A stretch of DNA of 64,000 nt from the human T2T-CHM13v2.0 reference genome, Homo sapiens: the NCBI RefSeq assembly GCF_009914755.1, contig NC_060947.1, one strand, 5' to 3'. Every line of letters starts with the position of its first letter. Position 1 is the first letter of the stretch. Position numbers and translations under genes: made by a program. The notes beneath the pieces were generated by a model that worked only from the letters and a program-made list of their open reading frames with translations, did not search any database and was not told where the DNA came from. This document shows positions 43,345 through 54,260 of the stretch, piece by piece.

Positions 43345-44636
43345 TCTTCTGTAATCTTTTTCTAACCTATTGGTTTCTCTTTCATCAGTTATAACTCCTA
43401 AAATTGGAATAATTAAGCAGTCTTTAAAGTAATGAATGCAATGATAAAGTATTTTTTTTCAGTATGCCTAAAAATGTAGTCTTCACCCTCACCCTAAATT
43501 TAGAGCCTGTTTTATATGTCTCCTACTTAATGTATCTATAGTTTTATTTTTTTAAATAATTCAAAATAATGGTCAATATTATATTCAATAATTCAGAGTT
43601 TTCACCATTAAAATTAACTTCTTCCTTTTTTATGGATGCATTTACCAAAAATTTGGAAATAATCTTCACTTCTGCACCTATTTAGTCATCATCTGATCTG
43701 GCAAACATTTGTTTGTTTAATCCCATATTTTGAAGTGAATTAAAATTAACAAGGTAATGTTTAACCATATCAATTCTTATGATTTAGCAAATATTTATGC
43801 CACAATCAGCAGCAGTAGTACCAATATCATGAAGATTAATCAGGAATTGATATGTCAGTTTCGTTGTACTTCCATTCGGAGGCAACAGCCTCATTGGCTG
43901 CTGTCTTTTCCTGGCAGTAAAATAGCTGGACTTTGACCTTTACAGTTGAAAAAAGAAGAAATTGCCCTCCCTGTGTGATACTAGAAAAATTGGAATTAGA
44001 ATAAATTTCCCTGTGAGGTTATATATATGTAACAATTTTGCAGGCAGAGACAAGTGACCCAATACTCAACTAATTAGGCATGTAAAAGGCCAGTCCTGCT
44101 GGGTCTAAAGAAGTGAGTGAAAGAGTAGAGGGTCCTAAGGAGTGCTGGAACCATTTTAAGTCTGTGTTATCAACAGCAACAATGAAAATTGGCTAGTAAG
44201 AAATATATGTCCTCCTGTCTTGAATGCAATTATAATCTCATAGTATATTACAGTAATGTTGTTAGCCTCCATATTGTATTTGAACAACCAAAGAAAAGAC
44301 ATAAAGGTTGACCTTTGTCTTTCTCACCTATAACAGCTAGAGTCAATAAGCTTTATCCAAATAATCTCCTGATTTCTTTACAAAATGACAAGTAAATTAC
44401 TATTGATCCAATAATGCAGTACATTAATTCAATAATTTGTGAAATACCCACGCTCTGCCTAGCAAGTGATGAGAGTCAATTATAATAACAATAAGTTTTC
44501 TTACCAGCAGGGGAGTAGTAATGAGTGGGGTAGAGAATCAGAGTTTGCAGTGAGAAAATATTTATTCATTGAATTCAATTTTATTTTAAGGGCATAATGA
44601 CTCTCAAGATCTATTATTGAGATGTAGGGAGGTTAC

Positions 44637-44808
44637 CAGTGGTTCTTAAATCCGGAGAGTTATTAAATTTCAGAGTGTTTGAAAATATGTGGGGTATTTC
44701 TCCATAATCATTGGGAATTATTATTGGCATTTAATGCCCTGGGGCCACAAACACTAAATGTTCTGTAATGCACATACTATGGCAAAAGTGCTCTCTTGAA
44801 AAACATTT
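44637..44808. mobile_element. Decayed hAT-Charlie MITE (MER20/MER3-like)
   Basis: CAGTGGTTCTTAAA at one end and TTGAAAAACATT at the other. Internal ATTGGCATTTAATG...GGGGCCA. Confidence 0.5.
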
Positions 44809-44825
44809 TGCCAGACCAATGGAAG

Positions 44826-45186
44826 TGTATTAGTCGTTTTCATGCTGCGGATAAAGACACACCCAAGACTGGGCAATTTACAAAGGAAAGAGGTTTGATG
44901 GAGTACTCACAGTTCCACTTGGCTTGGGAGGCTTCACAATCATGGCAAAAGGTGATAGGCTCGTCTCACATGGTGGCAGACAGGAGAAGAGAACTTCTAT
45001 GGGGAAACTCCCCTTTAAAGAACCATCAGATCTCGTGAGACTTATTCACTATCATGAGAATAGAATGGGAAAGACCTGCCCCCATGATTCAATTATCTCC
45101 CACTGGGTCCCTCCCACAACATGGGGGAATTATGGGAGCTAAAATTCAAGATGGTATTTGGGTGGGGACACAACCAAACCATATCA
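44826..45186 (-). mobile_element. THE1A/B-type apparent solo LTR with non-matching flanks
   Basis: TGTATTAGTC...CCAAACCATATCA. Flanks are GGAAG versus CTGTG. Confidence 0.95.
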
Positions 45187-45570
45187 CTGTGTTTATTGGG
45201 AATTTCAGAAGATTCAGGCAGATTGTTTTTTATCACCAATTAAACTGAATTCATTACAATAAACAATAATTTTCTACAAACTCACCTTAATCAATAGTTA
45301 GAACAGACCTACCTAACACAAGAACTGTGTGATCATAGCAATACACAGAAAGTTCTAATTGTGCCTCATTCTTTCATTCACTGAGAAAAATCCAGGATAA
45401 GAAAGGAAGGAATAGAAGTGTAAACAATGAAGTCAGTAGTCTTGAATATTTCTTGGGGCATGAACTGTAAAAATGTAACCTATTATGTGTAGACCTCCCC
45501 ATTTACACATATAACTACAGTTTGTATATAGGTTCATATTAAGAAGTTTCTAAGAGCATGTTAGTGGGTA

Positions 45571-45940
45571 CAGATGGTCCCCAACTTATGACTTATGATA
45601 TTTCCACTTGTGATTTTTTTGATTTTATGATAGTGTAAAAGTGATATGTATTTACTAGAAACCATAGTATGAATAGTCATGCAAACATTTTATTTTTCTC
45701 TGTACAGCATTCAGTAATTACATGAGGTATTCAACACTTTACTGTAATATAGGCTTTGTTTTAGATGATTGCACCCAACTATAGACTAATGTAAGTGTTC
45801 CTGAGCATGCTTAAGGTAGGTGAGGCTGAAGTATGATGTTCGCTATGTTAGGTGTATTAAAGGAATTTTTGACTTAGGATATTTTAAATTTACTATTGGT
45901 TTATCAGGACATAACCCCCTAATGAGTCAAGGAGCACCTG
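45571..45940 (-). mobile_element. MER47A (Tigger-family MITE)
   Basis: TIRs CAGATGGTCCCCAACTTATGA and TAATGAGTCAAGGAGCACCTG. Internal GGCTTTGTTTTAGATGATT...AATGTAAGTGTTC. TA on the left. Confidence 0.88.
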
Positions 45941-46454
45941 TGTTTGCATGTGCATGTGGAGAGGAATCTCTTAGTTTGGTCTCGTCTGAATGTCATCAAT
46001 GATACCCTCAAAAAGGATTTATACAACAACAAATCACCAAAAAAGGGTATAGTCTGATAAGTGAAAATGGTTTGTGTCATTTCCTTTCCCCTATAAACTG
46101 GGCAGATAAAGTTAACTTATATTTATATTTTGGCACAATTTAGCTAAACACCTTAGCATATTTTTGTCCTTGGTTTAGTTCCACAAAAAAACAGCTATTG
46201 ATCCTTTGCTCTCCTTATAGACTTGTATAGGTCATTCAGTATGAGGCACACCTATGGAAATTAGCGCTTCCTCTTCTATCAGGCTATTGCTTAAATTGCA
46301 TCACTAGTAGCTAGAACTTTCTGTAAACTTTTTAAGGGAATGTTTACAGTCTTTGTACACAAATCGTTATTAAATGCAGTGATGCTGTGTGTGGAAAACA
46401 AACATTACTCTAACTTGAAGAGAGTTGGCTTTTGTTTGAAACACAACTCTTTAG

Positions 46455-46680
46455 CTTAAATTTAACAAACACTTTTTGAGAGCCAATTATGATTCAGACA
46501 TTCACATCAGCATTATCTCATTTAATCTTCTTTAGTCTCATTTAGTCTTAATCACTATGTTTGGTAGGCAATATTTATTCTCATTTTTACAGATGAAGAA
46601 ACAGAAATCCAGAGCATTAAGACAACCTTCCCAAGGACTGTTTGATTCCAGTACTCATATATTTTTTTCATTATGCCATG
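46455..46680 (-). mobile_element. MIR
   Basis: CATTATCTCATTTAATCT...CTCATTTTTACAGATGAAGAAACAGA...CCCAAGG. Confidence 0.75.
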
Positions 46681-49087
46681 TTTCATCTCACAAGATAAAA
46701 GTACTTATTGGTTTGTTTTCTTCTCTAGGTGTAATGTAAACCATAGAAAAAGTGATGCATAGATGTGAAGCCAGTGTGCTAAAACCCTTTCTGCTAGCCC
46801 TGAGACTTTCTGACATATCCGGTATTATGTTGTGATGGTAAGTAGTATACTCAGAGAGTGCAATTAGTTGATTTAGGTATCAACCCTGGAAGAAGATTAA
46901 CATTTTATTAATTAAGATCAGTATGGGGCTTTTTACACTACTGGAAGGTCAAGTAAGAGCAAAGCTTCTACAATATCCCTCTCAGAAGAGTCATCAGTGT
47001 GGCCTAGTGGCCCAATCTCTGAAGATGAACAAGCAGAATTATTGGGATGTGCAGTAGTGTTACGTACCAGGCTGGCTGATGTACCCAAGACAAGATACAG
47101 AGAAAATAGTACCAGAAGTACAGATGGAATTATAATGACCTGCTAAAATTCCTAGCTGTAGCATTCTTCTAATCCCTGTAGCTCAGTTAACTGATCTCCA
47201 TCATAGTTGAACCTTATATTCTGACTTATCACAAAGCCTATAAAGAGCCTTGCAATTTGTCTTTGTAAGGAAACTCCTTACCCTTTCTAACAAAATTAAT
47301 CCCAAACCCAAGATTCTACAATGTTGAAGATTTCTTTACGACATCATTTCTCCAACTCCATTCATATCAAACATGCTGGGTTGCTTATATTCACAGACAT
47401 TTCTTTCCACTTCCTGCCTGGCCTTTCTGCATTTTAACTCTGCTTGAACCATGAATAAATATATTTTATTAGTACTTTTCTTCTATTAACTAATTTTGAA
47501 TGATAGTTCCACTATGACTCTACTCTTTCCATTTTGGTCCTGTACACTAATTCAGAAAGACTCCTGACTATATCCTAATTTTTACAGTTCCCAGCATTAT
47601 ATTAAACTCTGTAGATCTACCTGGATTTCTGGTTCCAGTAGGCTCTCAGTCCAGTCCCATTTGTGATAGAAAGAGTAATAATTTAGCTCACAGAATTTTG
47701 CTTATAGCTTCTGTCTGTATGACATTTAGAATGAGGTGTTTAGCTTTCACTAAATCTAATCCATTCTTTTCTGGGAAGGTGATGTTTTGAAATTTCTCCC
47801 AACAAGAGCAAATGGAAATAAATATTCACAGATTCTTTACTTTTTAATCACATTTTTATCTAGCATTTTCAGATCTTTCACTTTAAATTAGACTGTTGAT
47901 TAGCAACAACCCTTCAAAATTACCTGGCCTGACAAACACATGACCAAAAGATGAAAATTATTTTATGTACATAAATTTCTTGTAAGAGTTTTCTTTACTG
48001 ACTTCTTGTCTCCAACTACCCAACTAGTAATGTTTCTTTTCTTCTGGTGAAAATGTGTTCAAGTCCTCAAAGCTACCTTTATCATTTGATATTATTGTTT
48101 TCTTTGGTATTGACAGAAGAAAAGAAAACAGCTTCAAGGTATGCTCTCGGCCACTATCATTATTGCTAATTAGTTTGTTCCCCTTAGACTGATATTACTT
48201 CTAGCACTTTCTGCTGATTACAAAGAGGTTAGAATATTCACTGCATAATAATATCAAATTTGAGTATGAAGCATATCCGTTTTCCCATGTTTAGATATTC
48301 TGTAACCTTCATATATTAGTAATACATATTACAAAACAAGTATTTTAAATTTAAATTATGGAATTGATTATGATCCAAGCAATGTGAATGCATTCTTAGA
48401 AATAATAAAAAGTTGTATATATTAGAATATCATAAATAATTGAAAGAATGGAAATAAGGAGCAGAATAGCAAAGATGATTCTCTCTCTCTATAAAGTCCT
48501 CATTAGACTCTGCCAAGCTCTGTTCATGTCTACTTACACCATTCCTTAGGAAAGACACTTATGCTTAACTTAGTATCTATCTATTGTCCTCAAATAGTTC
48601 AAAAGTATATATAATAATGATAGCTTAAGGGAATTGAGGTTATTCTGATTTGAAAAAAAATGTCTTGGTGGTGACCTAATTACATTTTGCAGAATTATGT
48701 CAGGATTTGAAAGTTTTGACTACGAGAGCAGTTATCTTTGTTAGTTTTCAAGAGCTAGGAGAGTCTTAAATGTCTTCAAATCATTAGCCTTAGATACTAA
48801 CATCTGGTTAATGGAAACTTCCCAACTTGTAGCCCACTTGAATCTCTTGTAGACATTGGAAACTAAATCTGTGGGAAAAATGGACTTACAGAATTTGAAT
48901 ATCAAATATTCAAAGAATTTGTCTTGCTTTTTGATTCTCTGTGCATATCACTGTGGCATACATTACCATGCTGAAGATAATTCATTGGTACTTATTCTTA
49001 AAGATCTTGAAAGTCACAGATTTCAGAGCATTGTATAGACATCCTTATTCCCCATTCAGAGGCATTTCAGTAACTGGCTATAAGCAT

Positions 49088-49320
49088 TTCAGTGTGGCAG
49101 TTTTAAGAGTATGTATATTGATGTCAGACTATCTGCATTCCAGGCTTAATTTTACCCATTACTACCTGTGTGACCTGGGCCAAGTTACTTTCCTGAAAAT
49201 GAGGTTAATAAAAATATTTACCTCAAGGGTTGTGATGATTCAGTGCGAATCATCCATGAAAAGGAACAAACACATTGTCTGGCAGAGATTGAATGTTGTT
49301 TTGTTTTGTTACCTATTATT
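49088..49320 (+). mobile_element. MIR
   Basis: CTACCTGTGTGACCTGGGCCAAGTTACTT...AAAATGAGGTTAATAA...TACCTCAAGGGTTGTGATGATT. Confidence 0.8.
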
Positions 49321-49557
49321 ATTAGGAGGACAGTGAAGGGGCAAGTATGGAGGTACTCCTCTGAATTTTAAAGTGGATAAAAATGTCCGTGGAGAAGAGC
49401 TAAAAACTGACTAGAAAATCATATGCCTGTAAGATCTACCTTGTTGCATACTAGTTAGGGTGCAGGATGTATTTCTAACATCATTACTCAAAGGAAGGAA
49501 ATTTTGTAACTGACTAAAATACATTCCAAGTCTACCAAGTATGGTCAAGGAATATTT

Positions 49558-49586
49558 TGTGTGTGTGTGTGTGTGTGTGTATATAT

Positions 49587-49619
<33 letters not shown>

Positions 49620-49664
49620 GTGAGTGTGTGTATATATATACACACACACACAATAATATATATA
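49558..49664. repeat. Compound (TG)n(TA)n(CA)n microsatellite with two perfect palindromes
   Basis: (TG)10(TA)4(CA)10 at 49560-49607, and a second 24-bp palindrome at 49624-49647. Confidence 0.95.
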
Positions 49665-50013
49665 GTTTGGCTGTGTCCCCACCCAAATCTCATCTTTAAT
49701 TGTAACTCTCACAATTCCCACGTGTCATGGGAGAAACCCAGTGGGAGGTGATTGAATTATGGGGGTGGATCTTACCTGTGCTATTCTCGTGATAGTGAAT
49801 GAGTCTCACAAGACTTGATGGTTTTAAAAATGGGAGTTTCCTTGCTCAAGCTCTCTCTTTGCACCATCCATGTAAGATATGACTTGCTCTTCCTTGCCTT
49901 CTGCCATGATTGTGAGGCCTCCCCAGCTATGTGGAACTGTAAGTCCATTAAACCTCTTTTTCTTCCCTGTCTTGGGTATGTCTTTATCAGCAGCATGAAA
50001 ATGGACTAATACT
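49657..50013 (+). mobile_element. THE1B solo LTR
   Basis: GTTTGGCTGTGTCCCCACCCAAATCTCATC...CCATCCATGTAAGAT...GCAGCATGAAAATGGACTAATAC. TSD obscured by the microsatellite. Confidence 0.94.
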
Positions 50014-50333
50014 TATACATAATCTCAAGAGAAGCATATTCACATACTTCACATAAACCAGAATTATTGATTTGACTGTAAAGTTTTATTGAAGAAATAT
50101 TTATCAGTAGTATCTTATCTAGTTTCATATTCTACTTCCTCCCTCTCTTATTCACAGATTGAACAGAATAAAGAGTTGCTAAACCAGAATCCTAAATGTA
50201 ATGATTATGAGCATACCCAGGGGGGCTTTGCGAGAGAGCCAAAGATTAAAAAAAACCCTTTTTTGGACCCTTATTCAGATGAAAAATGAACAGTAGTTGA
50301 GCTATTGAAAGAACTGATTATTTGTTCAAAATG

Positions 50334-50542
50334 GGAAAAGAGAAAGAAGAAAGAAAGAAAGAAAAAGAAAGAAAGAGAAGGAAAGAGAGAAAGAGAGACA
50401 GGGAGGGAGAAGGGAAGGAAGGAAGGAAGGAGGGAGGGAGGGAAGGAAGGAAGGAAAGAAAGACAGAAAGAAGGAAAGAAAGAAAGAGAAAAAAGAAAGA
50501 AGAAAGGAAGGAAGGAAAGAAAAAAAAAGAAAAGAAGGAAAA
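50334..50542. repeat. Polypurine (GAAA)n/(GGAA)n/(GGGA)n tract
   Basis: Direct reading. Source of four spurious ORFs. Confidence 0.95.
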
Positions 50543-52808
50543 TTTCTGGTCCTCACATACAGATGAGAGGAAAAAAATGAAATGCTCATCAGAAGCTTCC
50601 TGGGAGATTTTTTCTTTCTGCCCACTCATAAAAGGAAGAAAGAAATAAAGAAAACAGCTGTGTGACTAATAAAGTAAATGGGAATATTCAGCTTGGATCA
50701 CTGTTTTCAAAATGTAGCTGTGGCTATCCCTGTGAGTATCATGTAATGTTCTGATTTTCAGGTTTACAATGGTGAGGAGAACACATTTATTTAGCATTAT
50801 GAAGTGAAATGCTAGAATAATGGTCATGAACATTAGAAATGCAAAAGACCAATTGCTATCTCCATCAATCCTGGAGAATCTGTGAAGGATTGCCCCCTTC
50901 TATATATTCCCTAGTGCTTTGTCCAGGCCAATTTTAAATAGCTTCAGCAATAAATTTCTGCCATTTCTTCTGGGAAACTATTTCACTACCTAATTAAATC
51001 TCTGAGATGACAACTTTTCCTGACATTCAAACTAATTTTTCCTATGTTCAATTGCAACCTGCAACTTCTATTTCTACAGCACATGCTTGTATCAGCCCAA
51101 GTAACTTCCCTGCTTCCTCAGTGCTTACAATTTTTAATACTTCCCCAAAATTTTGGTAGCCAGTTGCAGGGAATTTCTTTGTCAAAAATGTTCATTTCAA
51201 GATCAATGACTATACATATTTTATTATAGACAAAAAATGCAAGTTATTTCTAAAAGCAAACAGATGAGTTAGTGAGCAGAAAAAACATGATTTTAACCAG
51301 ACCTAAAGCCATTAAGGAAATTGAATCTCAGAACAAAAACAAATTGTAGACCTTTTTCGCTCCTTCAGGCCTGGAAGGTCACTAATAAAGCACTCCACTT
51401 TTCACAAGGCAAACAATCTCCTTTTGCCCTTTTCTGTTATTACTCAGTATACATACATGTACTATTGTCTTTTTAACAACTGGGAGAGGCAGGAGGAGCA
51501 ACCTAGACATAAATCAGGGATGTAGGGTTGCCCAGCTTCTTCTATGTCTCACCTACATGAGCTCCTTCCACCTCCCAAGATTCTACAAGAACCTAGCAAA
51601 CACAACCTACAGAATTTTTTTTAGGTTTTAAAAAATTCCATTATTAGGCAGAAAATGTGCCTTTACGTTGTCAATGCTAGAATAGAGAGATGGAAATTTA
51701 GCATTTCAAACATTGTTTATAAATGTGGAAAAGATGTATTGATGTTGTTGTTTAGTTTTGATTTATTTTCAAAATAAACCAGTTGCGATATGATTCATGC
51801 ACAAGTTAGATTTTAGGGATGAGTCATAGATTATGCAGTCCTTAAGTGGAATATTTTGGGTAATTTTTAAGCAAATAGGATAATTTCAGAGAAAATATAT
51901 GCAAACTTTAGAGTGTTTGGCAGAAAGTGGGCAGATAGATTTCTTACCATTATGGAAAATTGCCTGGTAGGCAAGACTCATATTAAAGTGAGACTATATA
52001 AAACTTCAAAGTGGTAATATTTGTTAAACTCTCAAAGTATAACAGAGTAGTCATGAAAGTGATTCTAAATATTAATCTGGCTAAACAAACACCCCACCAA
52101 TATTTGGCTGATGTTTCTAAGACTTGCCAGTGTTATCGTTTTGTTATTCCCTTGTTAGAAAGCTTAAGTTGTTTGAAAACGGACAACATAATAGTTATTA
52201 TCAATAATATTTCAGAAAACTATTTAAATCCAAATAACAGTTACCTTAAGCAATGTTGATTTTTATTTATTGTGTTGCAAATATATGGCTCATAAAACAG
52301 TTAATTGCATGTTCTACATAGAAAATCACAGTTCTTACCCTCTAAAACTTTAACATTCCACTGCAGATACAGCAGTTCGAAACTAAAGCGGTAAATAAGA
52401 AAAATGATAGTTAATCTAAGCTATATATATATAAAGACCCCAACTCAACATTGCATGATTTTCACTGGATATTTCCAATTTTCAACAATATAAAAAAATG
52501 AGAAAATTTAAAACTCAAGAAAAAAATCAAGTAAAGAAATGGGGAAATAATGATAAGGTAGGGTGATGAAAGTGGAAAAAAGAATACTGAATATACAAAG
52601 AGAAAAAAATACAAACATTTTAGCTGACACATAAGAGCACAGAAGATAGTGATAGCAATAGTATCCAGGTTATTATAGAGCTACAAGGTAGTGAGGGAAA
52701 ACAGATCAGAAAATACTTTTACTGATAAGAGAAGCTCGAAATAGGTTAGAAGTTAAATCTCAAAGGTTTTTAATCACTCAGATATTGTTTGCGATATCAG
52801 TGATATAA

Positions 52809-53149
<341 letters not shown>

Positions 53150-53787
53150 GAGGCTTTCTCTCTTGAATTATGTGAGATAGAAACTCTTCCAAGATATTTG
53201 GAGGGAGAAGGAAGCAGTTGTGTTTAAAATGTTGAAATTTTCTTCATCTAATATGAAGAGATATATGAGCATAAAAGAAGCAGTGCAGCATCCTGTGATT
53301 TTAGGGAAGGTGACTTTGAGGAGATACTGGGCTGTCCATAGGACTTTTGAGTGTACTGCATAAAGGTTTTTGTTACGCTATGCAGGGAAACTTGAAATAT
53401 TCAAGTAACATAAAAAATTCAATGCAACACAGCTTAATTAAGTCTAAAGATGGAAAAGGACAGAACAGGCCAATATGATTAAGGAGGAATGCAAAGAGTT
53501 GTATAAGCAATACACAGATGGTTTTTAAAAATACGTCTGCTAGGAAAATGGGAAGATCTATAAAAAGCAAAAGAAGTTAAGATAGACAAAAAAAGGAATA
53601 CATGTATATATATATATACACACACATTATTGAACATTAAGCTGCTGAGAATATTTAAATATAAAACATTTTAAAAGTGTACTTGAAGGTAAATATTTGT
53701 ACGAAAAACAAAAACAAGAAAGAAGACAGGATTAAGTAGATATGAACAATTTTCCACAGAGAAGACAATTTACTTTTTTAAACATTT

Positions 53788-53870
53788 TATATATATATAT
53801 ATATAGTTTTGTTTTGTTTGTTTGTTTTTTGAAACGGAGTCTCGCTCTGTCACCCAGGCTGGAGTGCAGC
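53788..53870 (-). mobile_element. Extremely 5'-truncated Alu (about 40 nt of body plus tail)
   Basis: TTTGAAACGGAGTCTCGCTCTGTCACCCAGGCTGGAGTGCAG, flanked by AAACATTT at 53780 and 53871. Confidence 0.85.
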
Positions 53871-54260
53871 AAACATTTATTTTTTAACTGGAGAGAATAC
53901 ATTACAAATTCTCTCTTTTATTACATTTTAATCCCTATAGTATCAGAATATAAGTATAATATACATTTATACCATAAGAACAAGCAAGGAATCCTCTTCA
54001 ATGATAAAATCTTTATCGTACTTACATGCTTATGGGGAAATTTTTGTCTGTACCCAGAGTTAGTTGAGGGTGCAAAGATAGTGTATAAAAATAGTTATAG
54101 CTATGATTCATTAATTTTAAAGATAAAAGTTCTAATTGTAGGAAAAATTAGCCATTTGCAGGTGCAAATTGTTGAAGGTAAAATTTTTGTAATTTTTGTG
54201 CTGCTTCCATATTCATGAAATACTGTATTGGCTTTTCCTCTTGTCCTTTCCTTTGTTACT

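Noticed and set aside
48095-48145. Possible 22-nt micro-exon (TTGACAG|...AAG|GTATGC)
   Set aside because: Frame-shifting length, mediocre sites, expected by chance.
50305-50648. Four overlapping K/E/R-rich or F/L/S-rich ORFs
   Set aside because: All come from a stop-free GA-rich simple repeat.
53742-54218. 158-aa ORF
   Set aside because: Crosses a (TA)n repeat and an Alu stub, has no recognisable domain, and has AT-driven composition.
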